Shown here: in pieces, positions 28,267 through 36,982 of the stretch | How the letters are laid out: the number at the start of each line of letters is the position of its first letter | Position numbering within the stretch: the first letter of the stretch is position 1 | Origin: Acidobacteriota bacterium | Lineage (GTDB): Bacteria; Acidobacteriota; Vicinamibacteria; Vicinamibacterales; JAKQTR01 | DNA length: 64,000 bases | Assembly (NCBI GenBank): GCA_040752275.1 | Contig: JBFMFH010000101.1 | Coordinates: forward strand, 62,813-126,812 | Direction of reading: 5' to 3' | The notes under the pieces: model-generated | The model's input: the letters and a program-made list of their open reading frames with translations, nothing else | What the model was told of the DNA's origin: nothing | Database searches by the model: none | Translations under genes and position numbers: made by a program

Positions 28267-29792
28267 TGCAGGGCGACTACAGCCCGGACGCCCTCGGCCA
28301 GCTGCTGTTCCGGCGCCAGTTCTACCTGGGACCGCGGCACCTGGACCAGTTCCCGTCGTGGACACGCGTGGGCGTCGGCGACACCTATTGCCTGACCGCT
28401 CACCCCGATCTGGGCGTGGCCCACGCGACAGACGGGCGCAAGTCCGTAACGCTCGTTGGGTACATGCTCGACCCCGCCGAGCCCCACGCCGGCAACGCGG
28501 ATGTGGCAGAAGCCCTGGTGCGGAAGCTCCAAAGTTGCCGCGGGTCCTGGGTGCACACGGCTGACTTCGGAGGTCGCTGGATCCTCATCGTGCATGATGG
28601 TCGCGACACCGTGCTCTTCCACGATGCCGCGGGACTGCGATCGGTTCACTACGCACGCGCCGGGGAGACGGGCGCGACGGTGTGCGCGTCGCGACCATCG
28701 TTGATTGCGGAAACGCTGGGCCTCGAGAGGCATGAGGAGGCCTGGGACTTCGTCACGTCGCAGGACCAGGACGAATGCGACGTGTACTGGATGCCCGGCG
28801 ACACCGCCCTGTACGCGCGGACGCGCTGCCTGCTCCCCAACCACTACCTCGACCTGCGAACCGGTGAGGCACACCGATACTGGCCTGACGCGGACCTGCG
28901 AAGCCTGCCTCTCGCCGACGCCGTGGCCGAGAGCCTTCGTATGCTGCGTGGGCTCGTCCTGGGCGCCCGGCACCGTTCACCCCTGGCGCTTTCGATGACC
29001 GCGGGATGGGACAGCCGGCTGATGTTGTCGCTGGCGAAGGCACTCGGCCGTGACCTGTACTGCTTCACGCTGGCCTACCCGGGATCCGAGAACTCCCGCG
29101 ACGTGAGGGTCCCCGCCGCGCTGCTCGCGCGCCTTGGGCTCGAACACACCGTCGTCGGGTACCCGGCGCAGATCAACCTCGACTTCAAGACCACCTACCA
29201 GAGGAACGTCGCTGCAGAGGGCCACGCCTACTGTGCGGACGCGCAGGCTCTATACGAACACTATCCGGCCGGGCGGATGTGCATGACCGGCGACGTTGCC
29301 GAGATCGTGAAGTGCCACTACAGGCCGCCGGCGGGACGGGAAACGCCGGCGACGGCCACGGGTCTGGCAGAGCTGTGCGGCATCCGCGCCCATCCCTTCC
29401 TCTTGAACGCCTTCGAGACCTGGCTCGAGGGAGCGGTGCCGCGGAACATTCCCCTCCTGGACCTCTTCTGCTGGGAGCAGTTCGCGGGGCGGAAGCAGGC
29501 GCTGATCAGGTCGCAGTACGACATCGTTCACGATTCGTTCGCGCCGCTGAACTGCCGCACGCTCCTCGTGACGATGCTTTCGGTGAGCGAACGGTACAGG
29601 TGTGGACCCGACTTCGCGCTCCTGAGAACGCTCGTCGAGGAGCTGTGGCGGGAGACACTGTCGGTGCCGGTGAACCCCGACGAACGCACGCAGGCCAAGC
29701 GCGTCATCAGAGGCGTGCTCGATGCCTTGAAGTTGTACGACCGGGTTCCCGAATCCCTCAAGGAGCTCGGCCGGCGTGTCATGATGCGGTGA
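28263..29792 (+). CDS. asparagine-synthetase-B-like adenylating enzyme lacking the N-terminal Cys nucleophile
   Basis: The start 'MMQGDY' has no Cys2. An AsnB N-domain-like segment 'GRWILIVHDGRDTVLFHDAAGLRSVHYA' and a PP-loop-like 'LSMTAGWDSRL' are present. ATGA overlap with the upstream gene. Confidence 0.65.
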   Translation: MMQGDYSPDALGQLLFRRQFYLGPRHLDQFPSWTRVGVGDTYCLTAHPDLGVAHATDGRKSVTLVGYMLDPAEPHAGNADVAEALVRKLQSCRGSWVHTADFGGRWILIVHDGRDTVLFHDAAGLRSVHYARAGETGATVCASRPSLIAETLGLERHEEAWDFVTSQDQDECDVYWMPGDTALYARTRCLLPNHYLDLRTGEAHRYWPDADLRSLPLADAVAESLRMLRGLVLGARHRSPLALSMTAGWDSRLMLSLAKALGRDLYCFTLAYPGSENSRDVRVPAALLARLGLEHTVVGYPAQINLDFKTTYQRNVAAEGHAYCADAQALYEHYPAGRMCMTGDVAEIVKCHYRPPAGRETPATATGLAELCGIRAHPFLLNAFETWLEGAVPRNIPLLDLFCWEQFAGRKQALIRSQYDIVHDSFAPLNCRTLLVTMLSVSERYRCGPDFALLRTLVEELWRETLSVPVNPDERTQAKRVIRGVLDALKLYDRVPESLKELGRRVMMR

Positions 29793-29884
29793 CAACCGGC
29801 GACGACAGGCAGCCCGCTGTCTGCGTCGGGAAGGAAGCACAGCCGGAGCGTCCGTCCGCTCGGAATCGGTATCGTGATCATCGC

Positions 29885-30994
29885 GTGAGGAGCATCCCGG
29901 TGTCCAAGCTCGTGAGACGTGCGCTCTATCCCGCCGTGTCCCGGCTGTGTGCGCACGCCACGCTTGTCGAGGGGCGACTGAAGGGAACCGAGACGCCGTT
30001 TCGCTGCCTGTTCGTGGACAATTCGCGCTTCGGGGAGTACCTGACGGGCCGGATGTACGACACGCTGCCGGACCGGCTGGAGAAGAAGCGCATCTGGATT
30101 CCCGCGCTGCGACGGCGTCTCCTGAGCCGGCGCGACGGGCATGATCTCTGCGTCGCCGTCCTCCCGAGGTTCTACGAAGCCCTGTTTCGGGGACTCTATG
30201 ACTACCGGACCACCGAGACGGTCAGACAGGTCATCGACACGTCGGGCTCCTGGGACGACGTGAAGAGCAGGTTCTCCAAGAAGAAGCGGCAGGTGGCGAA
30301 CAACTTCGAGGCCAAGTCCGGACTCGGCTACCGCCTGTCTCACGAACCCGGCGACCTCGAGTTCTTCTACCACCGGATGTTCGTGCCCCATATCACCAGG
30401 CGGTACGGAGAACTCGCGACGATCGACTCCTACGTCGAGATGCAGCGGTTCTTCCGCCGGGGCGTGCTGCTGTTCGTGACCAAAGGAGGCCAGGCGGTCG
30501 CCGGGGCCCTGAGCCTGGTGGAAGATGGCGTGCTGAGATTCCGCCGGACCGGGGTCCTCGACGGCGACGAGTCGCACGTCGACGGCGGTGCCCAGACCGC
30601 GCTCTACTACTTCCAGCTGAGGTACGCGCAGGAGCACGGCCTTCGCGCGGTGGACACGATGATGAGCGCGCCGTTCCTGAACGACGGCGTCTACAGGCAC
30701 AAGAGAGAGTGGGGCGCGGTTGTCCTCCCCGATGACGAGACGCGCACCTGGGTCTACGTCTTCGGCGCAACGCCGTCCGAGAAGACCGCGCGTTTCTTCG
30801 AGGACAACCCGATGGTCGTGCACCGGGATGATGGGATGAAGGGGATGATCGGGATCTCGGGCGACGCCGCCCCGTCACCGGCCGCGATCAACGAGCGGGT
30901 CCGTCGCTATGAAGCGACCGGTCTACGGGGCTTCCTCGTGGTGACGCGTGCGGAGGTGCTGGCCGCGCCTCAAACCCGGCCCGGCACTCACTAG
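29885..30994 (+). CDS. FemAB/CelD-like GNAT-fold protein
   Basis: 'GGQAVAGALSLV...FRRTGVLDGDE...GAQTALYYFQLRYAQEHG'. GTG start (alternative 29900). The long ORF from 29279 overlaps the upstream gene. Confidence 0.6.
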   Translation: MRSIPVSKLVRRALYPAVSRLCAHATLVEGRLKGTETPFRCLFVDNSRFGEYLTGRMYDTLPDRLEKKRIWIPALRRRLLSRRDGHDLCVAVLPRFYEALFRGLYDYRTTETVRQVIDTSGSWDDVKSRFSKKKRQVANNFEAKSGLGYRLSHEPGDLEFFYHRMFVPHITRRYGELATIDSYVEMQRFFRRGVLLFVTKGGQAVAGALSLVEDGVLRFRRTGVLDGDESHVDGGAQTALYYFQLRYAQEHGLRAVDTMMSAPFLNDGVYRHKREWGAVVLPDDETRTWVYVFGATPSEKTARFFEDNPMVVHRDDGMKGMIGISGDAAPSPAAINERVRRYEATGLRGFLVVTRAEVLAAPQTRPGTH

Positions 30995-31046
30995 CTGCAA
31001 CGGATCTTGGCCTTCAACGACGTCTGGCGCGCTGCACCCGCGGCGA

Positions 31047-32225
31047 TCAGGACGCCGGCCGTTCCTCAGGGGAAGGACGACGGAACCGGCGTTTCATGCG
31101 CCGTGCGCGCTCGATGAGTCCGAGCGCCTGTTTGCCGAGCCTCGTGGTCGGGAACACTCCTGAGGTCAGCCAGCGATGCGTGGTCCACAGCGTGTCGAGG
31201 TACGAGCCTCCCACCGCTCCGCTGTCGATGTACTCCAAGTCGCGGCAGAGGAGGAGCTCGGGTGCGCGGCGGAGGAACTCGACCTCGTTGAGCAGTCCAG
31301 GGGAACACTGCTTGTAGTCGGGGTGCCACCCGATCTTGAAGGCAAACCCGGCGCGCCCAGACGCGAAGTTGCTGGTCGACGAGATCACCTCGCCTCCCAC
31401 GGCGAGCTCGGCGAAGAACGCCTGCCCCTCTCGGCCAAACCTGCCCACGACCTCCCGAAAGAACGCCTCGTCCTCGGGTCTCGACCGCAGCGACGTTCCC
31501 TGGGAGCCCTTCCAGCCAAGGTGCTCGAGTTCAAGGAGCCGTTCGGGACATTCGGGTCCCAGCTCCGCCCCGGCTCGGAAGCGCCAGCTCACCACACCGC
31601 GCTCCTCCAGGCGGCGCCTCCGGCGGGACAGGTCTTTGTGCCGTCCCCGCGCCAGGTGCCCGGCCAGATACGCGTCTCCGCCTTCGGCGGGAATGAACGT
31701 CGGTCGCTTCGTCCGGTACTGCTCGTGCCACGGAAAGCCGTGTCCGGCGGCAGCGCCCTCCAAGAGGCCCGCCAGAGGGCTATCGGCAGTACGCCATGTG
31801 AACTCGACGCCGTGCCACCGTGAACTGCCGCGAAAGAACGTGAAGAACGCGGCAACCACCGGGCTCGCGCGGTCCCGATCGACGAGCAGTCCGGACAGGT
31901 AGGAGTGGCGGGATCGGTACGCCGCAAGCGACGGCAGCGGAAAGCGCCAGGACGAGGAGCGCTGCCTGAACACGCCGACACCCAGGAGATCTCCTGTGCC
32001 GTCCTCGACCAGCACCGCGACCGGCCCGGGCGCGGGCTCCAGGTGCCGCACGGCCGGGAGGATGAAGTGCGGCGACAGGTAGGCATTGGCCTCCAGGGCA
32101 CGCCGCTCCAACCGGGCCCACGCCCTTTCGGTCTCCTCATCGACATCCCGGCACGCAACAGTGCGGACCCGATAGGTGGCGGGGGGGGCCTCCCCGGACG
32201 CGACCGGGTGCTGCGGGATGGCCAT
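31047..32225 (-). CDS. CelD/BcsL-like GNAT-fold protein (Acetyltransf_6-like)
   Basis: 'LELEHLGWKGSQGTSL', 'FFAELAVGGEVISS', 'FKIGWHPDYKQCSPGLL'. Confidence 0.65.
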   Translation of the reverse strand: MAIPQHPVASGEAPPATYRVRTVACRDVDEETERAWARLERRALEANAYLSPHFILPAVRHLEPAPGPVAVLVEDGTGDLLGVGVFRQRSSSWRFPLPSLAAYRSRHSYLSGLLVDRDRASPVVAAFFTFFRGSSRWHGVEFTWRTADSPLAGLLEGAAAGHGFPWHEQYRTKRPTFIPAEGGDAYLAGHLARGRHKDLSRRRRRLEERGVVSWRFRAGAELGPECPERLLELEHLGWKGSQGTSLRSRPEDEAFFREVVGRFGREGQAFFAELAVGGEVISSTSNFASGRAGFAFKIGWHPDYKQCSPGLLNEVEFLRRAPELLLCRDLEYIDSGAVGGSYLDTLWTTHRWLTSGVFPTTRLGKQALGLIERARRMKRRFRRPSPEERPAS

Positions 32226-32355
32226 CGCTTCGACTCCACTCCAGACTGATGCTCAGCCCTGCCCTGCAGTCTATGCCGGCCCGGCAGGCCACGTAAAGCC
32301 AGCTCTGCTAAAGCTTTGCGTCGTCTGACCGACATCTTGACCAGGGGAGAGGTCT

Positions 32356-33504
32356 GTGAACGTGCCCGAGGCGGGGCAAGGGCAGGACGTGACGATCCGG
32401 GTCATCCGGAGTGAAGACGAATGGGACGACGTCCGGTCCGACTGGGACGCTCTGCATCGCGCCACGCCGGACGCCTCGCCCTTCCTCCGCTTCGCCTGGC
32501 TGCGCGGCTGGTGGCGGGCGTACGGACCGAGGTACGGAACCGGCGGACTCCGGATCCTGACCTGCTGGCACGGGGCGGACCTTGTCGGGGCTGTGCCTCT
32601 GTATGTGCGAGTGGAGCACGGCCCCCTCCACGTGCGATGCCTGCGGTTCGTATCGACTGGCGAAGCAGAGGAGGAAGAGACCTGCCCGGACTATCTCGAT
32701 CTGCTCTCCCAGCCAGGATTCGAACCCGCGTGCGCCAGAGCGGCCTGGGAGGGCATCGCACGGCTCGATTGGGACCGCCTGGAACTGGACGATGTGCCCG
32801 CGGGCTCGCTGCTCCTTCGATTGCCGCGCCCGCTACGCCGTGTCAAGTCCTATCCGCGGGGCGTCTGCCCGGTCGCCGACCTGAACGGCGGCTTCGAGTC
32901 CTACCTCGCGAGGTTGAGCCCCAACAGCCGCCAGCAGGCGCGTCGTCTCCTCCGCGAAGGGGAGCGGGCGGGCGTCCGGTTCGAACTGGCGGGCGTCGAC
33001 GGCACGACGGAGACATTCGACGAGATGGTGCGCCTGCATCAGCAGCGGTGGGTGGCCGATGGCCAACCCGGGGTTTTTGGATCCGAACGCTTCACCGATT
33101 TCCATCGCCGCCTCGTGCGCGAGTGGCAGCCGCGTGAGGACGCCGTGCTGGCGAGGATGTCATTCGAAGGTGTGCCTATTGCGGTGCTGTATGGCTTCGT
33201 GTCGCACCGGCGCTTCGCGTTCTACCAGTCGGGTGTGGACCTCGCGGCCGACAATCGGCTCCGCAGCCCGGGAACGCTGGCCCACCTCCTGCTCATGAGG
33301 ACGCTTGCCGCACGGGGTGTCCTGGCGTACGACTTCCTCAGGGGATCGGCCTCGTACAAGGACCGCCTGGCGACCCGCGAGAGCCACCTGTCCGGTCTCC
33401 GTACCTGGCGCCCGACCCCACGGGGACTGGCCTGGTGGCCGATTCGCCTCGCCGTGAAGATCGGCGGGCGCGGCCGGCGGGCGACGAGCGAGGGCCGGCG
33501 ATGA
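32356..33504 (+). CDS. CelD/BcsL-like GNAT-fold protein (Acetyltransf_6-like)
   Basis: 'SPFLRFAWLRGWW', 'AVLYGFVSHRRFAFYQSGVD', 'SPGTLAHLLLMR...YDFLRGSASYKDRLAT'. Confidence 0.7.
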   Translation: MNVPEAGQGQDVTIRVIRSEDEWDDVRSDWDALHRATPDASPFLRFAWLRGWWRAYGPRYGTGGLRILTCWHGADLVGAVPLYVRVEHGPLHVRCLRFVSTGEAEEEETCPDYLDLLSQPGFEPACARAAWEGIARLDWDRLELDDVPAGSLLLRLPRPLRRVKSYPRGVCPVADLNGGFESYLARLSPNSRQQARRLLREGERAGVRFELAGVDGTTETFDEMVRLHQQRWVADGQPGVFGSERFTDFHRRLVREWQPREDAVLARMSFEGVPIAVLYGFVSHRRFAFYQSGVDLAADNRLRSPGTLAHLLLMRTLAARGVLAYDFLRGSASYKDRLATRESHLSGLRTWRPTPRGLAWWPIRLAVKIGGRGRRATSEGRR

Positions 33505-34505
33505 CGCGTGCCCTTCTCTCACGCCTGCTCTCGAAGGGTGGGCTCCTTCCCGTGCTCCGGGCCGTCGCCCCCTGGTCAGGCGTCCTCGCTCTGAACTACC
33601 ACCGCATCGGCGATGGCCACGCCAGTCGATTCGACAGAGGACTCTGGAGCGCGGACGCCGAGGGGTTCGACGCACACCTGCGCTTCCTGGCAGCCCATTT
33701 CACGATTGTGACGCCGCGCGATCTCCCCGCCATCCGCCGCGCGGGTCGCGGCCGATTCGTCCTGGTCACGTTCGATGACGGCTATCGTGACAATTACGAG
33801 GCGGCGTTTCCCATTCTCAGGCGGCATGGGATCGCCGCGACGTTCTTCATCGCGACGGGCTTCCTCGATTGTCCCCGGCTCCCCTGGTGGGATGAGATGG
33901 CCTGGATGGTGAGGACGAGCCGCCGGAACGGCATCGAGCCGGGACGCTGGCTGCCAGGCCCGGTCGCCTTCGACGAACCAGACCGCGAGATGGCGGTGCG
34001 GTCCCTGCTCCGTGCCTACAAGAGCATGCCCGCGACTTCGACCGACGCGTTTCTCGAGTTCCTGGGAGAGGCAACAGGCAGCGGCAGATGTGAGAGCGGG
34101 CAGGCAGCCGGGACGTGGATGAGCTGGGACATGGTTCGTGAGATGCATGCAGCCGGTATGGTCATCGGAGGCCACACGGTCACTCATCCCGTGCTGGCCC
34201 GACTGACGCGCGAGCGGCAATGGGAGGAGATCTCGACCTGCGCGCGGCGGCTGACCGAGGAACTGGGCGAGCCGATGCGGTACTTCAGCTATCCGGTCGG
34301 CAGCCGATCGAGCTTCGACGACGACACCCGCGCGTGCCTGAGGCGGGCAGAGGTACGGCAGGCTTTCAGCTACTACGGCGGGACGACCACGTTCGAGCGC
34401 TGGGACGACTTCAACCTCTGCCGGATCGGGGTCGAGCGGGACATGGACGGTGACTGGGTCCGGGCCACCGTCACACTTCCGGGCGTCTTCGGGCGGCCGA
34501 ACTGA
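33501..34505 (+). CDS. polysaccharide deacetylase (NodB/CE4 domain)
   Basis: 'LNYHRIGD', 'VTFDDGYRDNYE', 'GGHTVTHP'. The ATG overlaps the upstream stop. Confidence 0.85.
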   Translation: MTRALLSRLLSKGGLLPVLRAVAPWSGVLALNYHRIGDGHASRFDRGLWSADAEGFDAHLRFLAAHFTIVTPRDLPAIRRAGRGRFVLVTFDDGYRDNYEAAFPILRRHGIAATFFIATGFLDCPRLPWWDEMAWMVRTSRRNGIEPGRWLPGPVAFDEPDREMAVRSLLRAYKSMPATSTDAFLEFLGEATGSGRCESGQAAGTWMSWDMVREMHAAGMVIGGHTVTHPVLARLTRERQWEEISTCARRLTEELGEPMRYFSYPVGSRSSFDDDTRACLRRAEVRQAFSYYGGTTTFERWDDFNLCRIGVERDMDGDWVRATVTLPGVFGRPN

Positions 34506-34530
34506 GGCAGGGTTGGCGGGAGCAGCAGGC

Positions 34531-35499
34531 ATGGAGCGAGCGTCAGTCAGCGTCGTGATCCCGACGTTCAATCGTGCGTCCATCGTGGGCGAGGCTGTCG
34601 CCAGCGCATTGGCCCAGACCCACGAGCCGGCCGACGTGGTCGTTGTCGACGACGGTTCCACTGACGACACCGCGAGCGCGCTCGACGCCTACCGGGGACG
34701 CATCCTGTATGTCCGACAGCAGAATGCAGGACCGGCGGCCGCGAGGAACACCGGCATCCGCCACACGAAGAGCCGCTACGTCGCCTTCCTGGACTCGGAC
34801 GACCTCTGGGCGCCAGAGAAGCTGCGCGCGCAGATGAGTCTGTTTGCATCCGACCCGTCGCTCGCGGTCGTCAGTTGCCTGGCGCGGTATGTCGCCTTCG
34901 ACGGCAGAACGCTCGCCGAGACCGGCCCGCCTCAAGACACGCTGCGCGCCGGCGACCGCACCGGCCTGCGCCGGCTGCTCCTTGGCAACACGGTGTCAGG
35001 CGGATCGAGCGCCGTCGTCAGACGTGAGTGCCTCGACGACGTCGGCGTATTCGACGAGGAGCTGTGGGGCGTCGAGGACTGGGACATGTGGCTCCGCGTG
35101 GCCAAGAAGTACTCGATAGGATTCGTGAACCAGCCGCTGACCATCATGCGCTCCGGCGCTGCCAATCTCAGTGCGACCGCGAATGTGGCGACGATGCTCG
35201 CGAACGAACTGCGGCTGCTCGACAAGCACTTTGCGGACGGCTCGCTCGGTTTCGGCTGGTACGACCGCGGCATGGCGATATCCGAGCGGTACGGCCGCGC
35301 TGCCTGGGCGTACTACGCGACCGGACACCCCCGGCAGGCCAGACGCTGTCTCGCGAGAGCACTTGCGAACAACCCGGTGCACTTCCTCAGTCAGAGGGCA
35401 TTCCCGGGTCTGTTCGCCCGAACACTCATCGGCCAGCGGTCACTGGCGACCCTGAGGCGGGTGCTGGGATCGCGATCCGCCGCGCGGCGGAGCTCCTGA
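34531..35499 (+). CDS. glycosyltransferase family 2
   Basis: 'VVIPTFNRA', 'VVVVDDGSTDDT', 'FLDSDD'. Confidence 0.85.
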   Translation: MERASVSVVIPTFNRASIVGEAVASALAQTHEPADVVVVDDGSTDDTASALDAYRGRILYVRQQNAGPAAARNTGIRHTKSRYVAFLDSDDLWAPEKLRAQMSLFASDPSLAVVSCLARYVAFDGRTLAETGPPQDTLRAGDRTGLRRLLLGNTVSGGSSAVVRRECLDDVGVFDEELWGVEDWDMWLRVAKKYSIGFVNQPLTIMRSGAANLSATANVATMLANELRLLDKHFADGSLGFGWYDRGMAISERYGRAAWAYYATGHPRQARRCLARALANNPVHFLSQRAFPGLFARTLIGQRSLATLRRVLGSRSAARRSS

Positions 35500-35500
35500 C

Positions 35501-36982
35501 GTGACAGGAGCAAGCGAGGAACCCGTGACCAGTCGCAGCGAGCCGGCCAGCGTCGTCGTGAAGAACTCGTTCTGGATGGTGGCTCAGCCGCTGGCCCTGA
35601 GTCTGATCTCCCTGTTCGTCGTGGGCTACACCGCCAGGCTGCTCGGAGAGGACCAGTACGGACGCTTCGTCCTCGGGTTCACCTTCGTCGCCATGATTGC
35701 CCCGTTCGCCAACCTGGGCCTCCGGGCCATCACGGTTCGGGAAGTGGCGAAGCGCCAGGACGAATCCGGCCGGTTCGTCGACATGGTGTACTCTGCGCGG
35801 CTGATCCTGTCCCTCCTGAGCGTCCTTGGCGCGATTGTCAGCGTGAGCCTGACGAACTACCCGCTGGATACCCGGCTCGTCGTGAGCCTGGCCTCCCTGA
35901 CCATCGTGCTCCAAGCGGTGAGCACGACCTTCTACGACGTGTTCCAGGCGCACGAGCAGATGCAGGAGGTAGCCTTCGCCCAGGGCATGACCGGGCTGGC
36001 GGTCACGGCCCTCACCGTCGCCGCCCTGTTCGCGGGGTTCCGGCTGCTGGGGGTGACGGTGGCGTACGTGATCGGCAACGCGGCCGGCCTGGCCGTCGCG
36101 TGGGCACGATTCACCAGGCAGTACCGCAGACCGAGACTGCTGATCGACGGCCCCGGGTTCGCGTCGGCCATTGTCAGGGGTGCCCCCTTCTTCGTTCCGG
36201 GTCTGGTGGCCATCGTGGGGAGCAGGGTCGGGATCGTGATCCTGTCGGCCGTGTCCGGAGACGCGGCCGTCGGGCACTACGGTGCGGCAAATGCCCTCGT
36301 GGAGAGGCTCGGCGTCGTTCCCGATGGCATCTGCACTGCCTTCTACCCGACCATGATCGCCCTGTACCACCGATCCGCGGATGAGGGAGGGCGGCTCTTC
36401 AAGCGGTTCTTCCTGTACATGGTGCTGCTGGGGCTGCCCATTGGCGTGGGCACCACGGTCTTGGCCCGCCCGATCATCACCCTCGTGTACGGGCTGGCCT
36501 ACCTCGACTCGGTGGCGGTTCTGCAGATCCTGATCTGGTCCCTGTTCGTCACCTTCCTGACCTCGTTGCAGTCCTGGACGCTGGGGGCGATCCACCGGGA
36601 GAAGCTGGCCGGCGTGGTTGCCATCGCGTCGACGCTGGTCAACGTGGCGCTGAGTGCGGTGCTCATTCCCCTGTACGCCGAGAGGGGGGCGGCGATGGCC
36701 TCGCTCGTGTCGGCAGCGTGCGCCTATGTGGCACTGTGGCTGGCCATCAAACGGCACCTCGTGGCGGAAGTGACAAACCTCCGGCGGCTGGGCAAGGCCG
36801 TGACCGCGACGGCCATCATGGGCGTCGTGAGCTATCTCCTGCGTGACATGAACATCGCCGTCGTTCTGGCAGCCAGCGTCGCCACCTACGCCGCCACGCT
36901 GTGGGCAATCAAGGCCGTCACGACAGAAGAAGTCCAACTGATCAGGGGTCTGCTGTTCAGCAGGGCGGCACGGGGCATCTGA
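35501..36982 (+). CDS. polysaccharide flippase (Wzx/MOP superfamily)
   Basis: 493 aa and multi-TM throughout. N-terminus 'KNSFWMVAQPLALSLISLFVVGYTARLLGEDQYGRF'. Confidence 0.75.
   Translation: MTGASEEPVTSRSEPASVVVKNSFWMVAQPLALSLISLFVVGYTARLLGEDQYGRFVLGFTFVAMIAPFANLGLRAITVREVAKRQDESGRFVDMVYSARLILSLLSVLGAIVSVSLTNYPLDTRLVVSLASLTIVLQAVSTTFYDVFQAHEQMQEVAFAQGMTGLAVTALTVAALFAGFRLLGVTVAYVIGNAAGLAVAWARFTRQYRRPRLLIDGPGFASAIVRGAPFFVPGLVAIVGSRVGIVILSAVSGDAAVGHYGAANALVERLGVVPDGICTAFYPTMIALYHRSADEGGRLFKRFFLYMVLLGLPIGVGTTVLARPIITLVYGLAYLDSVAVLQILIWSLFVTFLTSLQSWTLGAIHREKLAGVVAIASTLVNVALSAVLIPLYAERGAAMASLVSAACAYVALWLAIKRHLVAEVTNLRRLGKAVTATAIMGVVSYLLRDMNIAVVLAASVATYAATLWAIKAVTTEEVQLIRGLLFSRAARGI

Noticed and set aside
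28263-29792. The AsnB-like enzyme as a lasso-peptide cyclase marking a RiPP cluster.
   Set aside because: I found no transglutaminase-like protease, no PqqD-like RRE and no short precursor ORF next to it. The neighbours are polysaccharide genes.
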